Source: Candidatus Gottesmanbacteria bacterium
GTDB lineage: Bacteria; Patescibacteriota; Microgenomatia; UBA10105; UBA927
Length of the DNA stretch: 64,000 nucleotides
Reading direction: 5' to 3'
Assembly (NCBI GenBank): GCA_023245355.1
Contig: JAHFKN010000005.1
Coordinates: 33,290-97,289 of the forward strand
The translations under genes were made by a program, and so were the position numbers. The notes below the pieces were generated by a model, which saw only the letters and a program-made list of their open reading frames with translations, searched no databases and was not told where the DNA came from. Every line of letters begins with the position of its first letter. Position 1 is the first letter of the stretch. Of the stretch, positions 31,522 to 40,060 are shown one piece after another.

Positions 31522-33425
31522 ATGTTGATATCTTTAATAGTTTGTTCAAAATCCCTAGAAAATTCGACTTTATCATCACTCACCTCATCTAATTTAGTTT
31601 CTAAATTCAAAACTTTAAAATCATCGTTCAATATTTTAGCCATTCTCTGACACTTTTCGATCAACCGTCTATTGACGGTTTCATCAATGGTACTCTCCGT
31701 CTGCAATAAATAATAATTTGTCTTTGTGGAAGAATTAAGTCCAACGCGATGAATCCTGTCAAGTGACTGCATGTACTGTCCTGCATTAAATGTTCTATCT
31801 AAATATATTGCATCATGACATACATCGTGAAGTGATATTGATTCACCGCAAGCACCAGGGTTAGCAATTAATACTCTACAATTCGGATCGGATTTAAATT
31901 TCTTTATTCTAATCTCTCTATTGTCATTTTTATCTAACTGATCATTAATGGGTATATCACCATATATTACCTGAGGATCATAGTCCTTAAACATACTCCT
32001 TAACGTTTTAATATTATTTATCCAGACGGACCAAATAACAACTTTCTTAGATTTACTTATATTTAAAATTTGGCGTGCCAGCTTATCACATTCCTTTAGT
32101 TTAGGTGGAATTTCGTATTTACTATAATTTTTTATTCCTTCAATCACTGAGGGCTCAAGATATTTAGACATCTTGTCTGCTTTAATTCCGGAAATGTTAA
32201 ATTCTATAGATTTTTCATAAAGTAATGATGGGTTTGATGCGGCTTGCATAAGTCTAATCATTATCGATCTTCTTAATTCTACTAATATTGATCTGTCTTT
32301 CTTAGCTATGTTAAATTCCTCAATGCTAGCTCGTTTTATGGACGCGTATATTCTTTGTTGAAGAGTGCTTGATTTCACAATTACCTGATTAAATATTGGA
32401 TTTGGTAAATGTAGTTGGCTTTTTTTAACGCGCCGATAAAAGGGCATCAATTTTTTTCTAATAAGTTCTTCTGCATCTTTTCTCTTGGTTATATTTACAA
32501 ATTGGCTCCTAGTTCCGGCTATTGTTCTGTCAAGAAAATAAAATTGGCTCCATAAATCAAGGAGCGAATTTGGAAGGGGCGTACCTGTAAGTATTATTCT
32601 TCTCTCAGCGAATAAACCTAGCTGACAAACTGCACTCGACCAAATTCCGCCGGCAAACCTTTTTATATTATGAGATTCATCTAAAACCAATAAAAATTTA
32701 CCAGAACGAAGAAGCGCTGATATTTCAGCTACATCCGCTGCCGCAGTTTGATATGTAGTAATAAATATATTATATTTTTCGGGACGATTATATAATCTAA
32801 TTCGACTTGATTTAGGTCCAGTTATTCTGATTATTAGAGGTTTTGTGTTAAAGCATTTTTCATATTCTTCTGTCCAAGCTATATAAGCAGCACTAGGAGC
32901 GATTATAAATAATTTATCAATCTTATCATCACTCTCCAGGAGGGAATATGCTGCGTATAACATCGTAGTTTTTCCACTTCCCGGAACAGAGAAGTTTGCT
33001 GCGTAGGGCACCTTAACCATTAACGACACTGGCTCCTCTTGATACTCTTTTAGAGTTCTAATAAACTTAGTTGCTTTTAAATCCGATCTAGGCGAGTGCT
33101 TAATATTTAGCAAATCACTAGCATTTTTTATAATTTGCATCCTATATTTTTGATCAGAAGATGCTTTATTTATTAATGTTATTGCGTCATCATTAGCCAC
33201 AAATTTTAACTTTTCGCTAGCGATAAGATCTATAACTTGCCTAACAATTTCATAAAATTCCTGAGAGGAATAGTTTTTAGTGCTTAAACTATATCGATGT
33301 CGATCGTGTGAAGAAAAATCCAATGTCGTCTCGAGTGTTATGGGTAATAACGAATCATCTAGAGAAGATGGTATCTTTAGGGTAAGATCATTTAAACTTG
33401 GACTATAGCAGATTTCTACCCTCAT
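31518..33425 (-). CDS. SNF2-family SF2 helicase/translocase
   Basis: PGSGKT, DESH, LTGTP.PN, RLMQAASNP, GESISL, QSLDRIHRVG. Confidence 0.92.
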   Translation of the reverse strand: MRVEICYSPSLNDLTLKIPSSLDDSLLPITLETTLDFSSHDRHRYSLSTKNYSSQEFYEIVRQVIDLIASEKLKFVANDDAITLINKASSDQKYRMQIIKNASDLLNIKHSPRSDLKATKFIRTLKEYQEEPVSLMVKVPYAANFSVPGSGKTTMLYAAYSLLESDDKIDKLFIIAPSAAYIAWTEEYEKCFNTKPLIIRITGPKSSRIRLYNRPEKYNIFITTYQTAAADVAEISALLRSGKFLLVLDESHNIKRFAGGIWSSAVCQLGLFAERRIILTGTPLPNSLLDLWSQFYFLDRTIAGTRSQFVNITKRKDAEELIRKKLMPFYRRVKKSQLHLPNPIFNQVIVKSSTLQQRIYASIKRASIEEFNIAKKDRSILVELRRSIMIRLMQAASNPSLLYEKSIEFNISGIKADKMSKYLEPSVIEGIKNYSKYEIPPKLKECDKLARQILNISKSKKVVIWSVWINNIKTLRSMFKDYDPQVIYGDIPINDQLDKNDNREIRIKKFKSDPNCRVLIANPGACGESISLHDVCHDAIYLDRTFNAGQYMQSLDRIHRVGLNSSTKTNYYLLQTESTIDETVNRRLIEKCQRMAKILNDDFKVLNLETKLDEVSDDKVEFSRDFEQTIKDINI

Positions 33426-33439
33426 TTAGTGAATTCTAT

Positions 33440-34570
33440 TTATTTTTTCTTTGTAAGTACAATTATTATTGAGGAAATTTTCTTCAAATATTTTTTCACC
33501 TCAGGTGTTATGTCATAATCAGCGTCTTGATACTTATTAAATTGCTCATAAATAGAAACAATTATTTCCAGTGGCTTATTTTCATCTTTCTTAATTTTTA
33601 CCCTTTCGTTTGCTTCATCTATTTTATCTTTAAAAGCCTCCTCAGAAATTTTACCTTTCTTTAATTGCTCAGTAGCATGAGAAGCTAATTTAGTTTTCCA
33701 ACCATACTTTCCAAATTCCCTAACATCTCTATAAGTGCACCCTGATTTTATATACGCAAATTGCATCTCAAGTAACTGCTTTATCTCAACAGCGTTAGAT
33801 CCTTCACTCCTGAACTTCCTTTGATTTTTTTCCACCTCCGTAATTACTTCGGTAATTTTCTCATCTTCTATTCGTTTATAGTCGATTTTTCCCCAGGAAA
33901 ATTTTGAGTAGGCCTCCAAATATTTCAACTGTGCCAAATGCTCCGAAATGTACTTCTCATCTCGCAAAAGAAGAGCCGCTAGCTCCTTTTGAGTCATTCC
34001 CTTATTTAATCCCTCTTGTATTTTAATTAATTCATTTACCGCACCAAATCCTATCTTAAAATCCTTTGCGTATTGTAATCGTGCTTCAATCTTATAAATT
34101 TCAGTTTCATTAATGCTTCGTGGTAATATCACAGTTTCTAAATAAGAATACTTATCATCTCCAGTTTCTTCATAAAGCATGGTAAGAACTGCCATACGCC
34201 TATTTGCATTTATAACTACTCCAGCCGCCGTTATGACACCTGGGTCAATTTGACCTCGTTTTTTTAAATCTTCTTTTAACACCTTGGTATCATGAGGAGA
34301 TTTTGTAAGTAATATGTTTCTAACCTCACTTGAATCATCAGGATTACGTGTATTTAACTTTCGACGACGAGACGCTTCTAACATTTCAAGATCAGCCGCG
34401 AAACGACCATTTTCGACATTAAATATTAACAGCTTAATGGGAAGACGATAAACTGGGAGATCTTGAATTTGACCTTCGATTTCTATTCTTTGAATTCTGT
34501 CTCTTACACAAGTGGGGTTACTTTTTATATAGGCTTCAATTCGCTGTTCATAAGTACTATTTATCGTCAT
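33440..34570 (-). CDS. ParB/Srx-like domain protein
   Basis: L..DL..RGQIDPGVIT..G.VINANRRMAVL resembles the ParB Arg patch; later helix-turn-helix-like segment (GMTQKELAALL). Confidence 0.72.
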   Translation of the reverse strand: MTINSTYEQRIEAYIKSNPTCVRDRIQRIEIEGQIQDLPVYRLPIKLLIFNVENGRFAADLEMLEASRRRKLNTRNPDDSSEVRNILLTKSPHDTKVLKEDLKKRGQIDPGVITAAGVVINANRRMAVLTMLYEETGDDKYSYLETVILPRSINETEIYKIEARLQYAKDFKIGFGAVNELIKIQEGLNKGMTQKELAALLLRDEKYISEHLAQLKYLEAYSKFSWGKIDYKRIEDEKITEVITEVEKNQRKFRSEGSNAVEIKQLLEMQFAYIKSGCTYRDVREFGKYGWKTKLASHATEQLKKGKISEEAFKDKIDEANERVKIKKDENKPLEIIVSIYEQFNKYQDADYDITPEVKKYLKKISSIIIVLTKKK

Positions 34571-34636
34571 ATTATTAATATATAGAACTAACTATTAATA
34601 TAACTATGTAATTATACACCCTCTAAACGGCTTTCG

Positions 34637-34924
34637 CTATGAGCCTGGTGGCAGAAACGTCGCCCAGACAATAAATCCTATAACCAAGAGAATGAATGCC
34701 CCTATCATCACCACGAGAACACGAATGAGTATTTTTACCAGTAACGGATCGAGCACCTCGTTATAATATTTGTCTGCTTTCCTGTATTCATGTGAGAGCG
34801 GCCGGAAAATAAGATAAAGCGGTACACCGATGTACACAATCACATCTCTCACAAACGCATTCCATCGGTACGGCACGATCGTGAGGGAAATCCGGACCTC
34901 TGTGGGAAACCGTATTTTTGCCAT
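34637..34924 (-). CDS. Hypothetical two-TM membrane protein
   Basis: 95 aa, SD GAGGAGG upstream, two hydrophobic segments. Confidence 0.6.
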   Translation of the reverse strand: MAKIRFPTEVRISLTIVPYRWNAFVRDVIVYIGVPLYLIFRPLSHEYRKADKYYNEVLDPLLVKILIRVLVVMIGAFILLVIGFIVWATFLPPGS

Positions 34925-34951
34925 GCCTCCTCAATCTACCACAATAAGAAG

Positions 34952-35401
34952 TTACACTGCTAACGCGTCGAAATCAGCAAGTATCTGCCCGGAGTGGGAC
35001 AGAGGATTTACCGAGTCGTAAAATTTCGCCACCTCACCTTTGGGATTTATAAGGTACGTTATGCGCCGGACGCCGGGGCGGCCTAGAAACTGCTTTTCGC
35101 TCCACGCGCCGTACGAACGCATCATCTCGGTACTCTCATCGCTTAGCAGCGGAAACATAAGTTTGTATTTGTCCGCAAACTTTTTGTGGGAATCCACGCT
35201 GTCTTTGGACACTCCCAGGATCACCAATCCCCGCTTTTCAAACTCATGTATGTTGTCCCGGAAATTACAGGCTTCTTTGGTACAACCAGGCGTATTGTCT
35301 TTGGGATAAAAGTACAGGATTACCCATTTGCCGCGGTACTCTGCAAGCGTATGCAGCTTCCCGTTCTGATCAGGGAGGGAAAATTCATGAGCGAGTATCA
35401 T
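34952..35401 (-). CDS. bcp: Peroxiredoxin Bcp
   Basis: YFYPKDNTPGCTKEAC. Confidence 0.93.
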   Translation of the reverse strand: MILAHEFSLPDQNGKLHTLAEYRGKWVILYFYPKDNTPGCTKEACNFRDNIHEFEKRGLVILGVSKDSVDSHKKFADKYKLMFPLLSDESTEMMRSYGAWSEKQFLGRPGVRRITYLINPKGEVAKFYDSVNPLSHSGQILADFDALAV

Positions 35402-35482
35402 TGATCATTATTCTACCACGGAAACCAACAACCCACCGGTATGACCCGATGGGTTGTATAGTAAACAATCCTATATTGTCAG

Positions 35483-36109
35483 TTAAAAAATATTTCCGGA
35501 ATCTGCCGGTAATACGTTTATCTGATTTAACCATGTTCCGTGATTTTCTTCAGCCTTGTAAATCCATCCCCACCACGGCTGAGCAAAATTCGTCACATTA
35601 TCAAAATACTTACCCATCCAACTTACATAGGTACATGCGGAACCGGTTATATCACATCCATAATCCACTGTTCCGACAGATCCATGCGTCGGCCAAAGCG
35701 GTTCTGTTTTCAGCGTTCCGTTAAACGTAGCACGGTACCCTCCGCGCATTTCACCTTTGACGTCTTCACCAATCACTTCGGAACCTCCGGGGCCGGTTTG
35801 TCCTGCAATCGCCTCAAATTTTCCTTCGTATTTGACGGTAGCACACCAGCTCGTTTCAGACTCTTCACCGACTTGCCAGACCTTGATATGTCGTGTGTAG
35901 TTATCAAAGGCCCAATTGCCTCCGAATCCGGAATCTACATCATTTTTCACTTTTTCCTCGACATTAATCACTACGGGGCCTTCTTTTTCACATGCTTTAG
36001 GATTCAGTTGTCCTTCGTCACCTAAATGAAGTTTTTCCGAATCTGCAGATACAGGAAGTGCCAGAGCAAAAAATGCTACTACTGCTATAAACATTGCAAA
36101 TTTCTTCAT
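35483..36109 (-). CDS. Secreted hypothetical protein
   Basis: Signal peptide (..LPVSA), SD GAGGAGGTG, Trp/Gly-rich, 4 Cys. Confidence 0.75.
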   Translation of the reverse strand: MKKFAMFIAVVAFFALALPVSADSEKLHLGDEGQLNPKACEKEGPVVINVEEKVKNDVDSGFGGNWAFDNYTRHIKVWQVGEESETSWCATVKYEGKFEAIAGQTGPGGSEVIGEDVKGEMRGGYRATFNGTLKTEPLWPTHGSVGTVDYGCDITGSACTYVSWMGKYFDNVTNFAQPWWGWIYKAEENHGTWLNQINVLPADSGNIF

Positions 36110-36139
36110 GTTATTTCTTTCACCTCCTCTCGTTTTCCC

Positions 36140-36160
36140 AAAAACCCCGCGAAGCGGGAT
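36140..36160 (-). terminator. Terminator-like hairpin 2 in leader
   Basis: ATCCCGC-TTC-GCGGGG-TTTTT. Confidence 0.55.
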
Positions 36161-36209
36161 TTATGGTTACTAAACTCATATTTCAGAAAATATTCGCTAA
36201 GTAACGCAT

Positions 36210-36232
36210 AAAAAAGTCCGCACTCGGCGGAC
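36210..36232 (-). terminator. Terminator-like hairpin 1 in leader
   Basis: GTCCGC-CGAGT-GCGGAC-TTTTTT. Confidence 0.65.
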
Positions 36233-36380
36233 AGGTAATCATAGAATTGATCGGTAGTAGAACACAGATTTGTAGTTTGTCACTATAAGACATGCTTGTC
36301 AGTGAGGTTTCGTACATTTACCGGCTTTCTGAGGCTGCCGAAACGTATAACCGACACGCTTTCGGTGCTATACTTTCCCT

Positions 36381-37241
36381 ATGGTGCGTAACCAAAAGCA
36401 GCATGCTCCATTCCGGACAGGAATCGTTGTAGGAATCATGGCTCTCTGCTTTGTGTTCGGTATCAAATTTGCCCCGAAACAATCCACACTCCGACCGCTT
36501 CCTGTGCCGCCGCAAACGGCGGAAATTTCGCTCAGCGGTCCGCTCACGCTCCACACGGTGAATGAATCCGTCCTGGGCGCGCAAACCATAGATCCGGTCG
36601 ATTTCGTCAACGAAATAAATGCCGCACGTGCCAAATCAGGAGTGCTACCGCTTCGGCTAAATGCCACGCTCATGCGGGCCGCCAAAATGCGTGCGGAAGT
36701 GATTAAGAAACATCAAAACTTTTCCCACCAGGACCCGTATGAGGGGATCGAACTCGGCACCGTGCTGCCCAAACTGCAGTATTCGTTTGTGTATGCGTCG
36801 GAAAACATCGGTATGGGAGGCATATCTGCCGCTAATTTCGTCGAAGGATTTATGAACAGTACATCGCACCGCAATAATTTGCTGGACCCCAAGCTCACGG
36901 ATACCGGAGCGGCTATTGTGGACGGGCCGTACAAACAATATTACGTCAATTACGCAGTCCAGCTGTTTGCCATCCCCGGCGGCAAAGCGGAATATTTGGG
37001 ATACAAAGATTCCGATAAAGAAGTGTATGAAGCGGAACTTGCCTCGGTCAAAGAAAACCTCCACCCACTCATCTGGGTTATACAGAAAATCAGGCGTAAC
37101 CCCGTGTATACCGATGCGTATTACACCAAACTCAAACGGCAGCAATTTATCCTGGAAACAATCCTTGCCCGCATGCGTGACACCAAACCGCTGGAGAACC
37201 GCGACGTCACGCTGATTTTGGAATACAATTCCCTCTTATAG
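36381..37241 (+). CDS. CAP/SCP domain membrane protein
   Basis: INAAR..L..N..L..AA, FSH, ENIG, FMNSTSHRNNLL. Confidence 0.88.
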   Translation: MVRNQKQHAPFRTGIVVGIMALCFVFGIKFAPKQSTLRPLPVPPQTAEISLSGPLTLHTVNESVLGAQTIDPVDFVNEINAARAKSGVLPLRLNATLMRAAKMRAEVIKKHQNFSHQDPYEGIELGTVLPKLQYSFVYASENIGMGGISAANFVEGFMNSTSHRNNLLDPKLTDTGAAIVDGPYKQYYVNYAVQLFAIPGGKAEYLGYKDSDKEVYEAELASVKENLHPLIWVIQKIRRNPVYTDAYYTKLKRQQFILETILARMRDTKPLENRDVTLILEYNSLL

Positions 37242-38336
37242 CTGCAACTCAGCGCTCGCCTTTTCCATAGCGTTCAATACGGTCGCTGCTTCCGTATTTG
37301 CCAAAAAATACGGCTGGCCGTAATCGACTATTCTCACCGGCAAATACTGCACGTCTATAAGTTTGTTATCGTAAAATACGTATTTCCCCACAACTCCCCG
37401 CTTGGTTTCTTCGCTCCATTCCTGATCAAATACGAAATTGCCGTGCGCGTAGATAATAAATGCATCCTTATACAGCTCCACGGGCTCTATCCAGTGCGGA
37501 TGATTGCCTAGTACCACATCCGCCCCGGAATCTACCGCCATATGCGCCAATTCGCGCTGACGGGCACCCGGCTGCGTCACATACTCCGTGCCCCAGTGAT
37601 ATGCCACAATCACGACATCCGCATTGTTCTCTGCCTCTTTGATATCGCGTGCGATTATTACCTCATCTGCCCACGGCACGCCCGGTTCCTCATGTCCGAT
37701 ATCGTTGTACGATAGGAATGCAAATCTGGTTCCCTTCACGGTTGTATACACGACACTTCCGGAAACCGGAAGAATCCCGGCCTGTGTAAGCACACGCTTC
37801 GTTTCCTCTATCCCCGCTTCGAAATAATTACCGACATGATTGTTACCCAGTGTCGCTATATCTATGCCCGCGTACGTAAGCCCCTCCGCTGCTCTCGCAT
37901 CTCCGCAAAATACCATACCGTCTATTGTCGGCGTGCAGGAAGACAGAAGCGGCGTTTCCAGATTGATCACCGTGATATCTGCAGCGGATAAAACGTCTGC
38001 TGTTTTTTCAAACGGCCAACGGAAGTTATTGCGCCTGACCATACCGGAATTTACCGATCGCGCCGGTATGACATCGCCGGTTGCTATCATCGTGACTGTT
38101 TTTTCCGGCGGCAACGCGTTTACCCATGAGTGATCGGCGGCAAATATACTGCCAAGTGTAAGATGCGAAGCCGGAAAGAGAGTTACGGAGTCCTGTATCA
38201 GTGCCACGCCGGACGGAAATTCCGTGTCCCCTAACACATCGGGAGCGGACCTGGCGGCGGGACTACGGATATACCAACCGTACGCAGCAAACAAAAGTAT
38301 GACGATGCCAACCGGCAATAATTTCCTGAGATCCAT
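37236..38336 (-). CDS. CapA-family metallophosphatase (PGA_cap)
   Basis: GDVI..R, NLETP, LGNNH, HWGTEY, GNHPH, GNFVFDQ. Confidence 0.9.
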   Translation of the reverse strand: MDLRKLLPVGIVILLFAAYGWYIRSPAARSAPDVLGDTEFPSGVALIQDSVTLFPASHLTLGSIFAADHSWVNALPPEKTVTMIATGDVIPARSVNSGMVRRNNFRWPFEKTADVLSAADITVINLETPLLSSCTPTIDGMVFCGDARAAEGLTYAGIDIATLGNNHVGNYFEAGIEETKRVLTQAGILPVSGSVVYTTVKGTRFAFLSYNDIGHEEPGVPWADEVIIARDIKEAENNADVVIVAYHWGTEYVTQPGARQRELAHMAVDSGADVVLGNHPHWIEPVELYKDAFIIYAHGNFVFDQEWSEETKRGVVGKYVFYDNKLIDVQYLPVRIVDYGQPYFLANTEAATVLNAMEKASAELQL

Positions 38337-38387
38337 GATGGGAATGCTCCCGGCCTGATTGTATCACGGAGGCAAAAACCGACTCGT

Positions 38388-39200
38388 TTAGCGAAGCTTC
38401 CAGTAGGATATAAGCGTAACCCAAAACTCACGGAGTGCTGCGAAAAAATGCCGGGCAAAACTTGTTTTCGGCGTGTTTGCCGAAGAAGTCGCCGGCAGTT
38501 TGTTTTCACTCGGCGGCAATACTGATGCCCCGTCCTGGGTTTTCAACAATTCTACCGCGCGCAGGAATTGTTCAGCAGGGTGACCACCTTGCAGCAATAC
38601 CGAACCGGACAACTTTTTCCGGTCTACAAATACCGTTGAAGGTATGCCGGCAGCGTCTACTTTAGGAAGTAGCGATTGCCCGATTACTTTATCGGTCGTC
38701 ACACGCTGCTTATGCACGGGGTTGTTTTCGTTTGCTACACAATCCGCGTATTCTTCCTGGTTTCCTATCCCGGGGTATAGCCCGAGAGACGGATACGGTT
38801 TGGCGTCGTTTTCCACATATGCACGGATATTCGGCCAGAACGCCTGCTGGGCCGCCAGACACCCCGAAGATACCAACACATCCGATCTGCTGTCACGGTA
38901 CGCTAACACAAAATGCACGTACCAGACACGGACGTCATTGGGATATGCGGCAATCACATCCTGGATCTGTTTGGTAAGTACGCCGCCGCTGAAATTTGTT
39001 TCCGACGCATCTGCGATTACGAATACATCGTAGCGTGCGTTTTCCGGGCCAACCGGAATACCGATCTGCTTCATCTGCGCCACCGTTTCAGGCGTAAGGC
39101 TCACCAAGCGGAGTACCGCGTCATCCTGAGCGACTACCGACCCTCCGGTAAGAAACCCCAAAATCACTGCAACTACAACAATCCCGATTATGCGTTTCAT
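38388..39200 (-). CDS. Secreted DsbA/thioredoxin-fold-like protein lacking CxxC
   Basis: Signal peptide, IGPENA..V.V.AD, VRVWYVHF, GC...Q..FW, GIPSTVF. Confidence 0.55.
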   Translation of the reverse strand: MKRIIGIVVVAVILGFLTGGSVVAQDDAVLRLVSLTPETVAQMKQIGIPVGPENARYDVFVIADASETNFSGGVLTKQIQDVIAAYPNDVRVWYVHFVLAYRDSRSDVLVSSGCLAAQQAFWPNIRAYVENDAKPYPSLGLYPGIGNQEEYADCVANENNPVHKQRVTTDKVIGQSLLPKVDAAGIPSTVFVDRKKLSGSVLLQGGHPAEQFLRAVELLKTQDGASVLPPSENKLPATSSANTPKTSFARHFFAALREFWVTLISYWKLR

Positions 39201-39262
39201 ACCTATATGTCCTTCGCGTAACAAGATCAGTATAGCATGGGTGTGATATACTGCAGGCGCAG

Positions 39263-39502
39263 ATGAACGACATCATAACCGTCGAAGAAGCTGCCCAGTT
39301 TCTCCGCAAACATCCGGATACGGTACGCCGGTGGATAGAAACCAAAAAACTCAAGGCCCGCCATCTTTCCGCAGGAGGACACGGTATTTACGCGATTTTA
39401 CGGAGCGATCTTCTGGAAGTAGCTATCTCGGGATCCCTGGAAGCCAAAGAAAAACCAGTCAAACACAAAGCTTCACCCCAACAGCGCACGCTGCCGATTT
39501 AA
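39263..39502 (+). CDS. Excisionase/MerR-like HTH (HTH_17) DNA-binding protein
   Basis: ITVEEAAQFLRKHPDTVRRWI..KKLKA. Confidence 0.85.
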   Translation: MNDIITVEEAAQFLRKHPDTVRRWIETKKLKARHLSAGGHGIYAILRSDLLEVAISGSLEAKEKPVKHKASPQQRTLPI

Positions 39503-39515
39503 CCTACACCTTTTC

Positions 39516-40007
39516 TCACATCACGACATCCCCGCAGGCGATGTAGTTTTTGTCATCAGACCATGAAGCGCTCACCGTGATAGCCATCGGAAGTTCGCTC
39601 CGCAGCTTATCTATCCCGAACGGCAGTACCGTTGTCGATTTTTTTCCCACAACCAGCGTTAATGTGTGTTTGATATCACCTAAATTCGCGCACGTTCCGC
39701 TATGCAGGGATATCGGCTGCGGCGGACCGATGCCGGTGAGCTCGCCGTCCATACTGACGCGTATTTCCGCCTTGCCTCCCGTCTCATCCAGTATCACGAC
39801 TCCTCCCGTGGATAATTGGTTTACGCCGGACAACCGGAACGTTACGGAGTTATCTAATGTATCCGGGGATGTCGGCGTAGGAGCTATCACATCAGCCGCA
39901 TTCGGAGGTTTCACCACGATGAAATAGTTGAGTAAAATCGGAAAAAGCAAAGCTACGACTGCGACCAATCCGACTCCCCACCATTGATATCTGCGCAGGC
40001 TGTACAT
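39516..40007 (-). CDS. Membrane-anchored protein with CHRD/SOD-like beta domain
   Basis: N-terminal TM, QP..LH.G.C...G, C-terminal YIACGD. Confidence 0.55.
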   Translation of the reverse strand: MYSLRRYQWWGVGLVAVVALLFPILLNYFIVVKPPNAADVIAPTPTSPDTLDNSVTFRLSGVNQLSTGGVVILDETGGKAEIRVSMDGELTGIGPPQPISLHSGTCANLGDIKHTLTLVVGKKSTTVLPFGIDKLRSELPMAITVSASWSDDKNYIACGDVVM

Positions 40008-40060
40008 AGTGTATATCCAGTATACCCCACGACAAAAAAAATATCTGCAGGATTGTCCGC

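Larger units (their letters stand above)
29500..34625. mobile_element. AT-rich horizontally acquired island (putative defence locus); boundaries approximate
   Basis: Abrupt visible shift to AT-rich sequence, loss of antisense shadow ORFs, four DNA-processing genes; no integrase seen. Confidence 0.7.

Noticed and set aside
29460-34640. Target-site duplication, att sites or tRNA at the island borders
   Set aside because: No convincing direct or inverted repeats found by eye; borders rest on composition only
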